DNA of 64,000 bases from Deltaproteobacteria bacterium (GTDB taxonomy: Bacteria > Desulfobacterota > Dissulfuribacteria > Dissulfuribacterales > QOAL01): positions 20,684-84,683 of the forward strand of contig JALWNK010000063.1 of the NCBI GenBank assembly GCA_026995935.1. Direction: 5' to 3'. The translations under genes were made by a program, and so were the position numbers. How positions within the stretch are numbered: position 1 is the first letter of the stretch; the number at the start of each line of letters is the position of its first letter. Below, in pieces: positions 1 to 9,909 of the stretch. The notes under the pieces were generated by a model. That model saw nothing but the letters and a program-made list of their open reading frames with translations. It did not search any database and was not told the DNA's origin.

Positions 1-1
1 C

Positions 2-3000
2 ATGATGGCACTTGCAAAGCTTCCTGCAAAAAATGTAGGCGAGATGATGAAGATGTGGACTGATGGCCTCAAGCAGATGGAGGCGAACGGTTTAAGTCTT
101 CCCTATGCCATATATGGTGAAAATGTACAGAAGATATGGGGCGCGCAGGGAATAAAACCGGAATATTGTGCAAATCCCAATGGGCCAGCAGATGAAATGC
201 AAAGGCTCATGGCTTCCAGAAATGCCCTCAATTCAATGTTCCAGGGCTTTTTGAGCTATCTTAAAAATAATGGTCTTGTTCCACCTGAAACCACCATGGA
301 ACAGATGATGGCCATGTTTTTCAACGATTTCATCTTTGCCTATCAGATAAAGGACCAGATGGGTAATTTGCTACCTATTCCCATTGCACTAAGGGCATAC
401 GAGAGAGGCAAATTCTATACGAATTGGGACAGTCCGGACGCATCTGTAAGGGACTATGTTCGTGCTCCTCTCATTGAAGGGGACAAAGACGGTATTCCGT
501 ACTCTGGAATGGTAGGTATTGGCTGGGGTGCTACTATGTTTGCCATCCAGAAGTATATGCAGGGAGATTCAACCTATATGAAGCCAAACGGCCAGCCAGA
601 TGTGGCAAAGGTCATGACTGACCTACAAAACGGCGTTATTCCTCCAAATGCAGTAATGCCAACACTCCACAACTATCTGCCAAACTTCTTTTATGTAATG
701 CCTACAGCACAGCTCATGGGTCTTGATTTCAATCAAGATGGAGCACCCATTTCATATGTTCAGTTAGTGAAGAGCGGTGACGAGTGGCAGGCCAAGGTGT
801 ACTGGAATGTGGCAGATCTTGGTGACGGCTCCATCCACATGGAGATGTTTGGTGGTCAGGAGGATATTAACTCATACAAGTGGGTCAAGATCTGCGGACA
901 GTGTCACGTTATGACACAGGACCACGGAAACAGCGAGTGGACACGTGCAAGGCTGTACAATCTCGGTATGCCTGCCGACTGGGTCAAAAACGGCCATTTT
1001 GTTAACTGGACAGACAATGAAGAGGCACCGGGATTTGATGTTCACATGTCCAGGAAGAAGATGGGGTGTGGCTCCTGTCACCTGAGGGAAGTTGGCAACC
1101 TGGAAGACAAGCATAATTTCCGCAAGGGCACAGACACGGCTCACATGGTGAGAAACGATCTTGACAACAATCCCAAGCCAAAGACTTGCGAAAGTTGTCA
1201 TGTGGGCGGTCAGGATCCAGAGGCGCCAAATCCCACCTCTGCCCACGAGGAGAAATTTGGGGAAAGCGCTGGCCGGCACCTTGCCGAAATAGCATGTCAG
1301 ACTTGCCATGTGCCCTACAGAAAGACGTGGCGCTTCAGGATGTTCGATGACACCTTGGGCTACTATGGCAACTTTGATAACCGCTTTGGATACAACATCC
1401 TTCCAGGAGGAGACGGCAGCATGATGGCCTTTCCTGGCCCCTATGCCCTCTCGCCTGTTTACGGCACCTCTCCTGGCTACGGCATACCTCACTTCCATAT
1501 GGTTTCCCATCATATGGATGCTGACGGAAGTGGTGTAGTGCCCATGGATTTCGTTTCCCAGATGGTTGATTATTTCAATTTCAACGGATCGTCAGATCCT
1601 GGGCAGATTGTAAACGGCATGCCTACCAACTTCTCCTTTGACTTCTGGAAGTATTTCTACCAGGTAAGTCTCATGCAGTATCAGCAGATGGGCGTGCCCT
1701 TGAGCTTTGATCCAAATTACGATCACGAGGTATTTCCGCCGCTTTACTGGGCAAATGGGACAAATGGCTATCCGCAGATAGTCATTGGCAACCCCATTAC
1801 CATCATGACATGGGTTGATGTCAATCCTCAGCCCGACCACGACATGAGCGACATAGCCTACGGCGGAGCCAAGGTTCTTTATCTCAAGGAGATAAATGCT
1901 GCCATAAGGTCCTTTTTCCCGCCTGTACAGCTGGGCAAGGTGGATCCCATGACGCTTGCCATGATTCCGCCAAACGACCCCACTTTTGCCAAGAATCCCT
2001 ATGTGGGCAAGATCGTGCTCAAGGATAGCGGGTACGTAATCTTTGACCACACTGGCGATATGTATCCCGATCTTTGGTGGCCAGAGGATGTAAAGGCTAT
2101 GCAGCAGGCCCTTATCAAGGTACTTAAGGCGGAAGGAGAAACAAACCCAATGCCTGTAATATTCATTGCAGCCCACTATTTCTCCGACTCCCATGGTGTG
2201 CAGCCTGCTGAAAAGGCACTTGGAGCAAAGAGCTGTTACGACTGCCATGGCGATTATAAAAAGGATCCTGGCGCGCACAGGGTAACCGACAGGGTAGTGG
2301 TTTACGGGCCCTGGGCACCTCCATTCTTTACTGAGGAAAACAGGCTCCTGAGGTATGCCCCTGACGAGGTTCCTGCCGATGCGCCAATCTGGATGAAGAG
2401 GGCAGGTATGGTGCTTAACAATCCAAACGGTCTTTTCGTTGTGGATGGAGAGGTTGCCTACATAGAACCTATCCAGGCAAATGGGCTGTCTGTTCTTGGT
2501 GCCAAAGAGGAAGATATCCTTCATCTTAGCAAGCACCATGCAGAGGAACTCTTCTACATGGTTGCAGAAGGAACCGTTAAGGGTGAAGAGATAGAAGAGA
2601 TCGACCCAGGTAAGCTCACTCCTGAGGAGCGTGAAACAACCTATGTAAGGCAGGTTGTTAATAGTCCCTGGAATCAGAAGCTCTACTTCTACATCCCGCA
2701 GCAGTTAAAGCCTGAGATAGCAGAATGCGGCTTCCAGCCAACCCAGGAACAGCTCTATCTTGAGGGCGAGGGAATGGCAGAAGGCTACGTCCTCAAACTG
2801 GGCTTTCATGAGGATGTAACCGAGTCCATGATTATCAGGTTGCCTTACAGCGGAGCAAACCCGGTGATAGTTACCAAGACCGCTGGCAGGAGCAGTTTTG
2901 TCAGGGATAAGAACGCACAGATCCTTGATCAGACTGGCGGTTACGTCACGGTAAAGGTCAACCATGCAGGGGAATTTGCTGCCATAAACAGCCAGTTCCT

Positions 3001-3046
3001 CCTTGGTCCTAACGGGGAGCAGTGGCAGCCATTCCTCAAGGACTAG
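2..3046 (+). CDS. Large multiheme c-type cytochrome, octaheme tetrathionate reductase (Otr)-like; probably 5'-truncated by the window edge
   Basis: Five CxxCH motifs (CGQCH, CGSCH, CESCH, CQTCH, CYDCH). Their contexts (DVHM..CGSCH, HL..IACQTCHVP, SHGVQPAEKALG..CYDCH) resemble Otr hemes 4-8. The frame is open from the window edge. Confidence 0.75.
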   Translation: MMALAKLPAKNVGEMMKMWTDGLKQMEANGLSLPYAIYGENVQKIWGAQGIKPEYCANPNGPADEMQRLMASRNALNSMFQGFLSYLKNNGLVPPETTMEQMMAMFFNDFIFAYQIKDQMGNLLPIPIALRAYERGKFYTNWDSPDASVRDYVRAPLIEGDKDGIPYSGMVGIGWGATMFAIQKYMQGDSTYMKPNGQPDVAKVMTDLQNGVIPPNAVMPTLHNYLPNFFYVMPTAQLMGLDFNQDGAPISYVQLVKSGDEWQAKVYWNVADLGDGSIHMEMFGGQEDINSYKWVKICGQCHVMTQDHGNSEWTRARLYNLGMPADWVKNGHFVNWTDNEEAPGFDVHMSRKKMGCGSCHLREVGNLEDKHNFRKGTDTAHMVRNDLDNNPKPKTCESCHVGGQDPEAPNPTSAHEEKFGESAGRHLAEIACQTCHVPYRKTWRFRMFDDTLGYYGNFDNRFGYNILPGGDGSMMAFPGPYALSPVYGTSPGYGIPHFHMVSHHMDADGSGVVPMDFVSQMVDYFNFNGSSDPGQIVNGMPTNFSFDFWKYFYQVSLMQYQQMGVPLSFDPNYDHEVFPPLYWANGTNGYPQIVIGNPITIMTWVDVNPQPDHDMSDIAYGGAKVLYLKEINAAIRSFFPPVQLGKVDPMTLAMIPPNDPTFAKNPYVGKIVLKDSGYVIFDHTGDMYPDLWWPEDVKAMQQALIKVLKAEGETNPMPVIFIAAHYFSDSHGVQPAEKALGAKSCYDCHGDYKKDPGAHRVTDRVVVYGPWAPPFFTEENRLLRYAPDEVPADAPIWMKRAGMVLNNPNGLFVVDGEVAYIEPIQANGLSVLGAKEEDILHLSKHHAEELFYMVAEGTVKGEEIEEIDPGKLTPEERETTYVRQVVNSPWNQKLYFYIPQQLKPEIAECGFQPTQEQLYLEGEGMAEGYVLKLGFHEDVTESMIIRLPYSGANPVIVTKTAGRSSFVRDKNAQILDQTGGYVTVKVNHAGEFAAINSQFLLGPNGEQWQPFLKD

Positions 3047-3078
3047 ACGGTCCAGCTCGTTAGCTAAAAGGTAATAAC

Positions 3079-3111
3079 AAAGGGCGGGATAAATTCCCGC
3101 CCTTTTATTTT
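3079..3111 (+). terminator. Rho-independent terminator, possibly bidirectional
   Basis: AAAGGGCGGGA-TAAAT-TCCCGCCCTTT followed by a T-rich tract, between convergent genes. Confidence 0.85.
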
Positions 3112-3150
3112 CTATTGCTGTAAATGTAGGACAAAGTTTGATGAACTACC

Positions 3151-3435
3151 CTATTTCTTCTTCGCAGACAGATACTCCACCAGGAATCCTATTTCCTCAT
3201 GGTCAATTTCCGCTCCGTGTCTTTTCATGCGCTCTATTATGTCTTGCCATTCTGCCTTGCTTCTCTTGTATGCGTAAATTCTCTTTGTTGAATGGCATTT
3301 GGTGCATTTTTTATTAATGATTCGGGTTCCCTTGTCTGTGCCTGAACACGCCGTAAAGAGCGCAGTAAAGGCAAACATAAGGAATGCGGCCACAGTCCAT
3401 AAAAAAGAGGCATTTGTCTTTTTTCCGTGTATCAT
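3151..3435 (-). CDS. Small monoheme c-type cytochrome lipoprotein
   Basis: Lipobox-like LFTAC after a hydrophobic stretch, one CTKCH, and a candidate distal Met in MKRHGA. Confidence 0.75.
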   Translation of the reverse strand: MIHGKKTNASFLWTVAAFLMFAFTALFTACSGTDKGTRIINKKCTKCHSTKRIYAYKRSKAEWQDIIERMKRHGAEIDHEEIGFLVEYLSAKKK

Positions 3436-3565
3436 TACAAGCTTCTCCTGTTTGGGATGTTAAAGATCTTGATCGGTTTAAAGTTGTGTCCTTGTGGTTA
3501 GGATTGTATTTTTTATTTTAATTATACACTTCATTTTTTCTGAAACGGTGTAGGAGGATTCATAC

Positions 3566-4021
3566 ATGAAATTTTTTGAGGAATGGCATCTTCTTGGCTG
3601 GTATGAGAGGTTTGAAAAGATTGTCTGTATCATTTTGTCCCTAATGGTGGCACTTGTCATACTTTGCGCACTTTACAAGCTGGGTTTTCACCTGTTTCAT
3701 CTCCTTGTAACCCATGGCGTTGACCCCTTGGATCACAAGGCATTTAAGGCCATTTTTGGAATGATCATGATACTCCTTATAGCGCTTGAGTTTAAACACT
3801 CCATAGTAAAGGTTATAGAGAAGGATCAAGGCATTGTTCAGGTGAAAACCGTCCTGCTCATAGCCATTCTTGCCATAAGCAGGAAGATGATCATCCTTGA
3901 TACTAAGGCCATGTCGCCCCTTACCATTTTTGCCCTGGCTGCCGTGTTGCTATCTTTAGGGGCAGTTTACTGGCTCATGAGGGAAAGGGATGACAGGATA
4001 CTTGGAATCAAGGAGTCCTGA
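3566..4021 (+). CDS. psiE: Phosphate-starvation-inducible PsiE family membrane protein
   Basis: Four hydrophobic segments; LIALEF and IAILAISRKMII motifs; GGAGG SD. Confidence 0.8.
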   Translation: MKFFEEWHLLGWYERFEKIVCIILSLMVALVILCALYKLGFHLFHLLVTHGVDPLDHKAFKAIFGMIMILLIALEFKHSIVKVIEKDQGIVQVKTVLLIAILAISRKMIILDTKAMSPLTIFALAAVLLSLGAVYWLMRERDDRILGIKES

Positions 4022-4039
4022 CGCGAAGAAGGCCAGTAA

Positions 4040-4555
4040 TCAGGCCTCTTTTAACCCTTTTAAGGTCTTTACAACCTCCTTCATGAAAAGGGGGATGTCG
4101 CTGGGCTGCCTGGAAGTTATGATATTACCGTCAACTACCACAGGGCTATTTTCATATATGGCCCCAGCCTCCTGGAGCTTGTCTGAGACCTTGTGGTAGC
4201 AAGTGGCCTTCCTCCCTTTCAGTATTCCGGCAGATGCCAGAAGCAAGGGGCCATGGCATATTGCAGCAATTGGCCTTTGAAGCCTGGCAAACTCCTGCAC
4301 GAATTTTACAATGGCGTCATGCATGGCAAGCTTTTCTGCCACCTTACCCCCGGGAATAAAGAGGGCATCAAAGGCCTCTGGCTCCGCCTCGTCTATGGCT
4401 AGGTTCGCACTTACTGGATACCCCCTTTTGCCCTTAACCTCGCCCCAGTCAGGTGCTGCTATATCTACTTGGAATCCCTCTTCTTCGAACCTGTACTTTG
4501 GGCATAAAAGTTCAGAATCCTCAAAGCCCTGGCCAGTTATAAAAAGAATTCGCAT
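4040..4555 (-). CDS. pfpI: PfpI/DJ-1 family type 1 glutamine amidotransferase-like protein
   Basis: GFEDSE, IPGG, AAICHGP nucleophile elbow, VVDGNIITSRQP. Start moved to ATG 4555 behind AGGAGG. Confidence 0.9.
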   Translation of the reverse strand: MRILFITGQGFEDSELLCPKYRFEEEGFQVDIAAPDWGEVKGKRGYPVSANLAIDEAEPEAFDALFIPGGKVAEKLAMHDAIVKFVQEFARLQRPIAAICHGPLLLASAGILKGRKATCYHKVSDKLQEAGAIYENSPVVVDGNIITSRQPSDIPLFMKEVVKTLKGLKEA

Positions 4556-4579
4556 GGTTTCCTCCTTTCTTTTCAAAAT

Positions 4580-6997
4580 CTACCTGACACACCTTGAACC
4601 CGCGGTGCTGCTTCCCCTTTTCCCTTTCATTTTCCTAAAGGCAATTCGGGCTGCCTGGTCCACCTTTGATATCAGGTGAAACTTAAGTTGATGCCTTATC
4701 TGTTCCGGAAGTTCATCCAGATCCATGTTGTTCCTTTTAGGCAAGATAATCTCCTTTATTCCTGCCCGGTGGGCAGCAAGGACCTTTTCCTTTATGCCTC
4801 CAACAGGGAGAACCAGCCCCCTCAGCGTTATCTCACCTGTCATGGCAACATCAGGTCTGACAGGTTTGTCTGTAAAAAGAGATATAAGGGCTATGGCAAT
4901 GGTTATTCCTGCAGAAGGCCCATCCTTTGGGATGGCCCCGGCAGGGACGTGCACATGTATGTCCTCGGTCTTAAAGACCTCTTCGGGTATGCCGTAGGCA
5001 CAGGCCTTGGATTTTACGTAGCTTAGAGCCGTCTGGGCAGATTCCTTCATGACATCTCCCAATTGCCCGGTCAAGGTGAGCTTTCCACTTCCTGGCATCT
5101 TGGTGGCCTCAACAAAGAGGATGTCACCGCCCACAGGGGTCCAGGCAAGCCCGGTGGCCACCCCTGGAACAGAGGTCCGTTCCGCAACATCTGGCAGGTA
5201 TTTGGGCTTACCAAGAAACTCCTCGAGATTTTTAACCTTTACCGTAACCTTTTCCTGGTGCCCCTGGGCCACCATCCTGGCAACGGCCCTGCATATGGAG
5301 CCGATTTGCCTTTCAAGGTTTCTGACCCCCGCTTCCCTTGTGTACTCAGAGATTATTCTGGTAAGGGCCCTCTTGTCTATGGAAAGGTTCTTTTTTGTAA
5401 GGCCGTGGGCCTCCAGTTGTCTCGGAATGAGATAGCGCCTTGCTATCTCAATCTTGTCTTCAAGGGTGTAACCAGACAGTTCAAGGACCTCCATCCTGTC
5501 AAGGAGCGGAGGTGGGATGGTCTCGAGCATGTTTGCAGTGGCAATGAAGATCACCCTTGAAAGGTCAAATTCCACGCCAAGGTAGTGATCCGTGAACTTG
5601 GAATTCTGTTCTGGATCCAGCACCTCAAGGAGTGCAGATGCAGGGTCTCCTCGAAAGTCGGTTCCAACCTTGTCTATCTCATCAAGCATAATGACAGGGT
5701 TGTTAACCCCCACCTTTCTCAGGCCCTGGATTATTCTACCAGGCATGGCCCCAATGTAGGTCCTGCGGTGCCCTCTGATTTCCGCCTCGTCTCGTACGCC
5801 TCCAAGGGCTATCCTGTGAAACTTTCTGCCAATGGCCCTGGCAATGGATTTACCAAGGGAGGTCTTGCCCGTGCCCGGGGGACCAACAAAGCAGAGTATC
5901 GGACCCTTAGCATCAGGCTTGAGTTTTCTAACTGCCAGGTACTCGATTATCCTCTTTTTTATCTTTTCAAGGTCATAGTGATCCTGGTTGAGTACCCGTT
6001 CTGCACGGTCAAGATCCAGGTTATCCTCGGTGGATTCGCTCCACGGAAGCTCAAGTATCCAGTCAAGGTATGTCCGTGCCACAGTGTATTCAGAAGAGGA
6101 CGGATGCATCCGGGCAAGCCTTTCAAGCTCCCTTTCTGCCTCCTTCCTGGCCTCTTCAGGAAGCTCCTTTGCCTTGAGTTTTTCCCTGAGCTCTTCGATC
6201 TCATCAGGTTGTTCCTCAGATTCACCTAGCTCCTTCTTTATGGCCTTGAGCTGCTCCCTAAGGAAGTATTCACGCTGGCTCTTATCAACCTGATCCCTTA
6301 CCTGGCTCTGGATCTTGTGGCCGAGCTCCAGTATCTCTATCTGTTCTGACAGGATTTTAAGGGCCTTCTCCAGCCTTTTCATAACGTCAAGTTCCTCTAA
6401 AATCTCCTGTTTCTGGGCTGGAGATACGTTCAAGTGGCTGATGACAATGTCTGCAAGAACGCCAGGATCGTCTACGCTCATGACTATGGAGCGCAGTTCT
6501 CCTGGAAGGTTTGGGGACAGGTCAAGTATCCTGGAAAAGGCCTGCCTGATGTTGACCACCATGGCCTCTAGGGCCATGCTAGGCTTCACCTTATCCTGCA
6601 CTGCCTCAACTCGTGCCTTTATGTAAGGCGTTGTGGATGTGATCTCCTTTATCCTGACCCTGGTGATCCCCTGGACCACGAGACGGGCGTGGCCCTGTTC
6701 ATTCTTGGCCATCCTCAGGATAAGCCCCATGGTGCCTATATTGTTGAGTTTTTCAGGAATCTCTTCCTCGGATTCAACAGGCCCTGCCACGGAGACCACT
6801 GCGATGGTCCTGTCCGAGGCCAGGGCATCGTCTATCATCCTTACCAGATTAGGTGGCTCAACTATCCAGGGGACCACCATGTGCGGAAAGAGCACAACGT
6901 CCTTACTGGGCAGAATGGGCAACTCCCTTATGGTGTTTGGGTGCTCCTGCTGCAGTTTTTGGGTATCCTGTATCTTTATTTCTGTATTCTCGCTCAT
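4580..6997 (-). CDS. lon: ATP-dependent Lon protease
   Basis: Walker [15 protein letters not shown], catalytic PKDGPSAG and GGIKEK. Confidence 0.97.
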   Translation of the reverse strand: MSENTEIKIQDTQKLQQEHPNTIRELPILPSKDVVLFPHMVVPWIVEPPNLVRMIDDALASDRTIAVVSVAGPVESEEEIPEKLNNIGTMGLILRMAKNEQGHARLVVQGITRVRIKEITSTTPYIKARVEAVQDKVKPSMALEAMVVNIRQAFSRILDLSPNLPGELRSIVMSVDDPGVLADIVISHLNVSPAQKQEILEELDVMKRLEKALKILSEQIEILELGHKIQSQVRDQVDKSQREYFLREQLKAIKKELGESEEQPDEIEELREKLKAKELPEEARKEAERELERLARMHPSSSEYTVARTYLDWILELPWSESTEDNLDLDRAERVLNQDHYDLEKIKKRIIEYLAVRKLKPDAKGPILCFVGPPGTGKTSLGKSIARAIGRKFHRIALGGVRDEAEIRGHRRTYIGAMPGRIIQGLRKVGVNNPVIMLDEIDKVGTDFRGDPASALLEVLDPEQNSKFTDHYLGVEFDLSRVIFIATANMLETIPPPLLDRMEVLELSGYTLEDKIEIARRYLIPRQLEAHGLTKKNLSIDKRALTRIISEYTREAGVRNLERQIGSICRAVARMVAQGHQEKVTVKVKNLEEFLGKPKYLPDVAERTSVPGVATGLAWTPVGGDILFVEATKMPGSGKLTLTGQLGDVMKESAQTALSYVKSKACAYGIPEEVFKTEDIHVHVPAGAIPKDGPSAGITIAIALISLFTDKPVRPDVAMTGEITLRGLVLPVGGIKEKVLAAHRAGIKEIILPKRNNMDLDELPEQIRHQLKFHLISKVDQAARIAFRKMKGKRGSSTAGSRCVR

Positions 6998-7021
6998 AGT
7001 CGCTCCTGATTTACTGACCCT

Positions 7022-7456
7022 TTATTTTATCTTTATCTGCATCTTGTCTTTTTCTCTTTTTTTAAAACGAACAAGGAGCAGGCCATTATCCATTTTTGCC
7101 ATTATCTGTTCGGCCTTAACAGGAAGTGGAATTCTGATTACCCTTTCAAAGGGGCCGTATTCCACTTCCATCTGAAAAAATCTCTTTTTCTTTATTGTCA
7201 GGGGGGGTCTCCTGTTGCCTGACATCCTCAAAAATTGGCCCTCCAGCACGAGCTCAAGGCTTTCAGAGTCAACGCCTGCAAGGTCTGCAACCACGTAAAT
7301 ACAAGAGGAGTCAGCATAGATATCTATGGCCGGAATCCAGCCCCCGCTGGAGGTCATGGCGCCGTAGGGGATACGAAAAAGCTCATTCATGATCTCGTCA
7401 AATTCCCTACGAAGCTTGTCTATTTCCTTGGATATTCCGATCTTGATTACTGGCAT
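7022..7456 (-). CDS. Hsp20/alpha-crystallin small heat shock protein
   Basis: WIPAIDIY, EYGPFERVI, MDNGLL; directly upstream of lon. Confidence 0.92.
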   Translation of the reverse strand: MPVIKIGISKEIDKLRREFDEIMNELFRIPYGAMTSSGGWIPAIDIYADSSCIYVVADLAGVDSESLELVLEGQFLRMSGNRRPPLTIKKKRFFQMEVEYGPFERVIRIPLPVKAEQIMAKMDNGLLLVRFKKREKDKMQIKIK

Positions 7457-7666
7457 AATTCCCAGATCCTTTCCTGTTTATAAAAATTTTCTAACCCTCC
7501 CTGAAAAGACCACATGAAAGATGGCATGTTAAAACGAAATAAAGGGACAGAATTTATTTTGGATTAAAATAGTTACGCTGCTCTCGTGATGCAAGGAGAT
7601 GCATATCAAAAAATGGGCTTAACATCTTGACTTTTTTGGGGAGATGGTTTTAAAAGGCATATCCAA

Positions 7667-7717
7667 TTCCTCCTTGCCCTGTATGGCGCAGGGCCAGAGA
7701 ATAGACCGAAAGGGGGC
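7667..7717 (+). promoter_or_regulatory. S6:S18 ribosomal protein leader (autogenous translational control element)
   Basis: CCTCCTT pairs with the SD-containing AAGGGGG; inner stem GCCCTG/CAGGGC; unpaired CCG (7706-7708) just before the SD strand; immediately upstream of rpsF. Confidence 0.8.
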
Positions 7718-7722
7718 AATTT

Positions 7723-8127
7723 ATGAAATTGCGACATTACGAAGCCATGTTCCTTCTTCACCCTGATCTCAGCACCGAGGACAGGGAAAGTGCAGTTGAA
7801 AAATTCTCCAACATCATCAAGAACGACGGGGGCCAGATTGTAAATATAGATCAGTGGCCTCTGAGAAAACTCGCCTACAAGGTCCAAAAGCAGACTCAAG
7901 GTTATTACATTGTGATGGACTTCGGCGCCCCTGGAAGCGCCATTGAGGAGCTCACCAGGAATTTCAGGCTTGACGAAGGCGTAATGAAGTTCATGACATC
8001 AAAGCTCAACGACGAGTTCGACCCGGTAGAGGCTGCCAAAAAATACACACAGAAGCCTTCAGAGGAAAGCGCCGGCGAGGCCGAAAAGGAAACCCAAGAG
8101 GCTGGGTCAGAAGGGAAGGAGGAATAA
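7723..8127 (+). CDS. rpsF: 30S ribosomal protein S6
   Basis: RHYEAMFLLHP, RKLAYKV, GYY; acidic tail ending in EE. Confidence 0.97.
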   Translation: MKLRHYEAMFLLHPDLSTEDRESAVEKFSNIIKNDGGQIVNIDQWPLRKLAYKVQKQTQGYYIVMDFGAPGSAIEELTRNFRLDEGVMKFMTSKLNDEFDPVEAAKKYTQKPSEESAGEAEKETQEAGSEGKEE

Positions 8128-8391
8128 ATGCAACGTCCGCAGCAAAACAGATACAAACGCCGCAGAATATATGTAAGAAGGAAGGTCTGCCGGTTCTGTG
8201 CAGACAAATCCCTTGTGGCAGACTATAAGCAGCCTGAGCTTCTTAAGGGGTTCATAACGGAAAGGGGCAAGATACTCCCAAGGCGCGTTACAGGAACATG
8301 TGCCAAGCACCAGAGGCGGCTTACAAACGCCATCAAAAAGGCACGTATCATGGCGCTTTTACCCTTTACTTCCGGCCACGCCATTGAGTAA
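8128..8391 (+). CDS. rpsR: 30S ribosomal protein S18 (Zn-binding form)
   Basis: [34 protein letters not shown]. Confidence 0.98.
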   Translation: MQRPQQNRYKRRRIYVRRKVCRFCADKSLVADYKQPELLKGFITERGKILPRRVTGTCAKHQRRLTNAIKKARIMALLPFTSGHAIE

Positions 8392-8405
8392 ATCTGCCTG
8401 ATGGC

Positions 8406-9392
8406 GTGAATTCCAATCCCTTAAGAGGCAGAGAGCCGGCTAAGGGCGCGCCCTTGAAAGACATCCTGGTTGGTATTGGCGCACTCTTAGTTCCGTCTCT
8501 TCTGCCTTCATTAAATTCCATTCTCCAGCTATTTATGCCGGGGGCAAGTGCTGCTTTTTTTAATTTTGGCAATATAAGGCGCAGCCTTCTCCTCTTATTC
8601 GCAGTCTACATTGGGGCAAGCCTTCTGTTCCTGGCAGCCGGTATGGCGGCATCCTTGCTTATACTTGCCCAGGCAGTTGTTATCTGTGGGGTCCTCCTCG
8701 TCTCCCTTTGGAAGGGAGTGGAGGCCCCCAAAACGGTTATCGTCATGACTCTTGCCATATTGGCAATGTCCCTTGTGGTCATGGGCGCGGCTTCAGGCTG
8801 GAGGTTTCATGACGTATACATGAAGATGGTTTCATCCATGACATCTGAGTATGACAAGGCCGTTGAGTTATATAAGAAGAACGCAGGCAACCAGCTTCCC
8901 GTTCAGCTTGAGGAAATAATTTCCCAGGTAAAGCAGACCCTTGTCTCCTACTTTCCAGGAATAGTGTGCAGCTTTTTCGTGTTTCTCGGTCTTTCAAACA
9001 CGTTGGTGTTTGTAAAGATGAACCAGGCAAGGCAGAAAACACAAAACCTTGCGCCAGAGTTCCACCAGTGGCGTATGCCGTGGCCGTTGGTTTGGTTGTT
9101 TATCCTGTTCGGATTCATGGCCCTTTTGCCCACAACGCCCTGGAATCTTGCGGGAAAGAACGGGGTGCTGGTGGTAAGTGTGTTTTATCTGATTCAGGGC
9201 TTTTCTATTATGCAATTTTTCTTTAAAGTAATGCAAACTCCTGTCTATGTGCGTTACCTTGTTTATGCATTAATAGGTATTCAGTGGTACGGTTTGCTGT
9301 TGGTTGTCCTTACCGGACTTATGGACAACTGGTTCGACTTCAGGGGGCGTCTGGAGGCCAGGATGTCTTCCAAGGGAGACGACCAGGAGTGA
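8406..9392 (+). CDS. DUF2232/YybS family membrane protein
   Basis: Multiple TM segments, YLIQGFS and GLMDNWFDFR; typical position between rpsR and rplI. Confidence 0.85.
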   Translation: MNSNPLRGREPAKGAPLKDILVGIGALLVPSLLPSLNSILQLFMPGASAAFFNFGNIRRSLLLLFAVYIGASLLFLAAGMAASLLILAQAVVICGVLLVSLWKGVEAPKTVIVMTLAILAMSLVVMGAASGWRFHDVYMKMVSSMTSEYDKAVELYKKNAGNQLPVQLEEIISQVKQTLVSYFPGIVCSFFVFLGLSNTLVFVKMNQARQKTQNLAPEFHQWRMPWPLVWLFILFGFMALLPTTPWNLAGKNGVLVVSVFYLIQGFSIMQFFFKVMQTPVYVRYLVYALIGIQWYGLLLVVLTGLMDNWFDFRGRLEARMSSKGDDQE

Positions 9393-9453
9393 AGCTGAGG
9401 CCTTAGGCCTTAAGCAAAAAAATAAAGACTATGGTTTTTGGAGGATAACAGTC

Positions 9454-9897
9454 ATGGAAGTAATCTTGAATGAGAGTATAGAAAGCCTTGGCAAGGCCGG
9501 GGATATTGTTAACGTCTCAGACGGTTATGCTAGAAACTATCTGATACCTAAGGGAATCGCCATTGTTGCCAACAAGAAAAATCTGGTACAGATTGAAAAA
9601 CAGCGTGCCGCCATCCTGGAACGGGCAGCCAAGGTCCGCCAGGAGTATGAGGCCCTTGCAGAGCAGCTTTCAAAGCTTGATATAGAGATACCTGTCAAGG
9701 TAGGTGAGGAGGAAAAGCTTTATGGCTCTGTCACTTCCATGGACATAGCCAGGGCCATTGAAGAGAAGGGCTATCAGGTGGACAGAAAGAAGATCGTTCT
9801 TCCAGAGCCCATAAAGGCCCTTGGTGAGTACGAGATTCCCGTAAAGCTTAGCCCGGATGTTACTGCCACCGTGAAGGTGAGGGTAGTATCCTCCTAG
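9454..9897 (+). CDS. rplI: 50S ribosomal protein L9
   Basis: MEVIL..LGKAGDIVNVSDGYARNYLIP, KLYGSVT; ATG 9454 after GGAGG. Confidence 0.97.
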   Translation: MEVILNESIESLGKAGDIVNVSDGYARNYLIPKGIAIVANKKNLVQIEKQRAAILERAAKVRQEYEALAEQLSKLDIEIPVKVGEEEKLYGSVTSMDIARAIEEKGYQVDRKKIVLPEPIKALGEYEIPVKLSPDVTATVKVRVVSS

Positions 9898-9909
9898 AAT
9901 GCATCTGCA

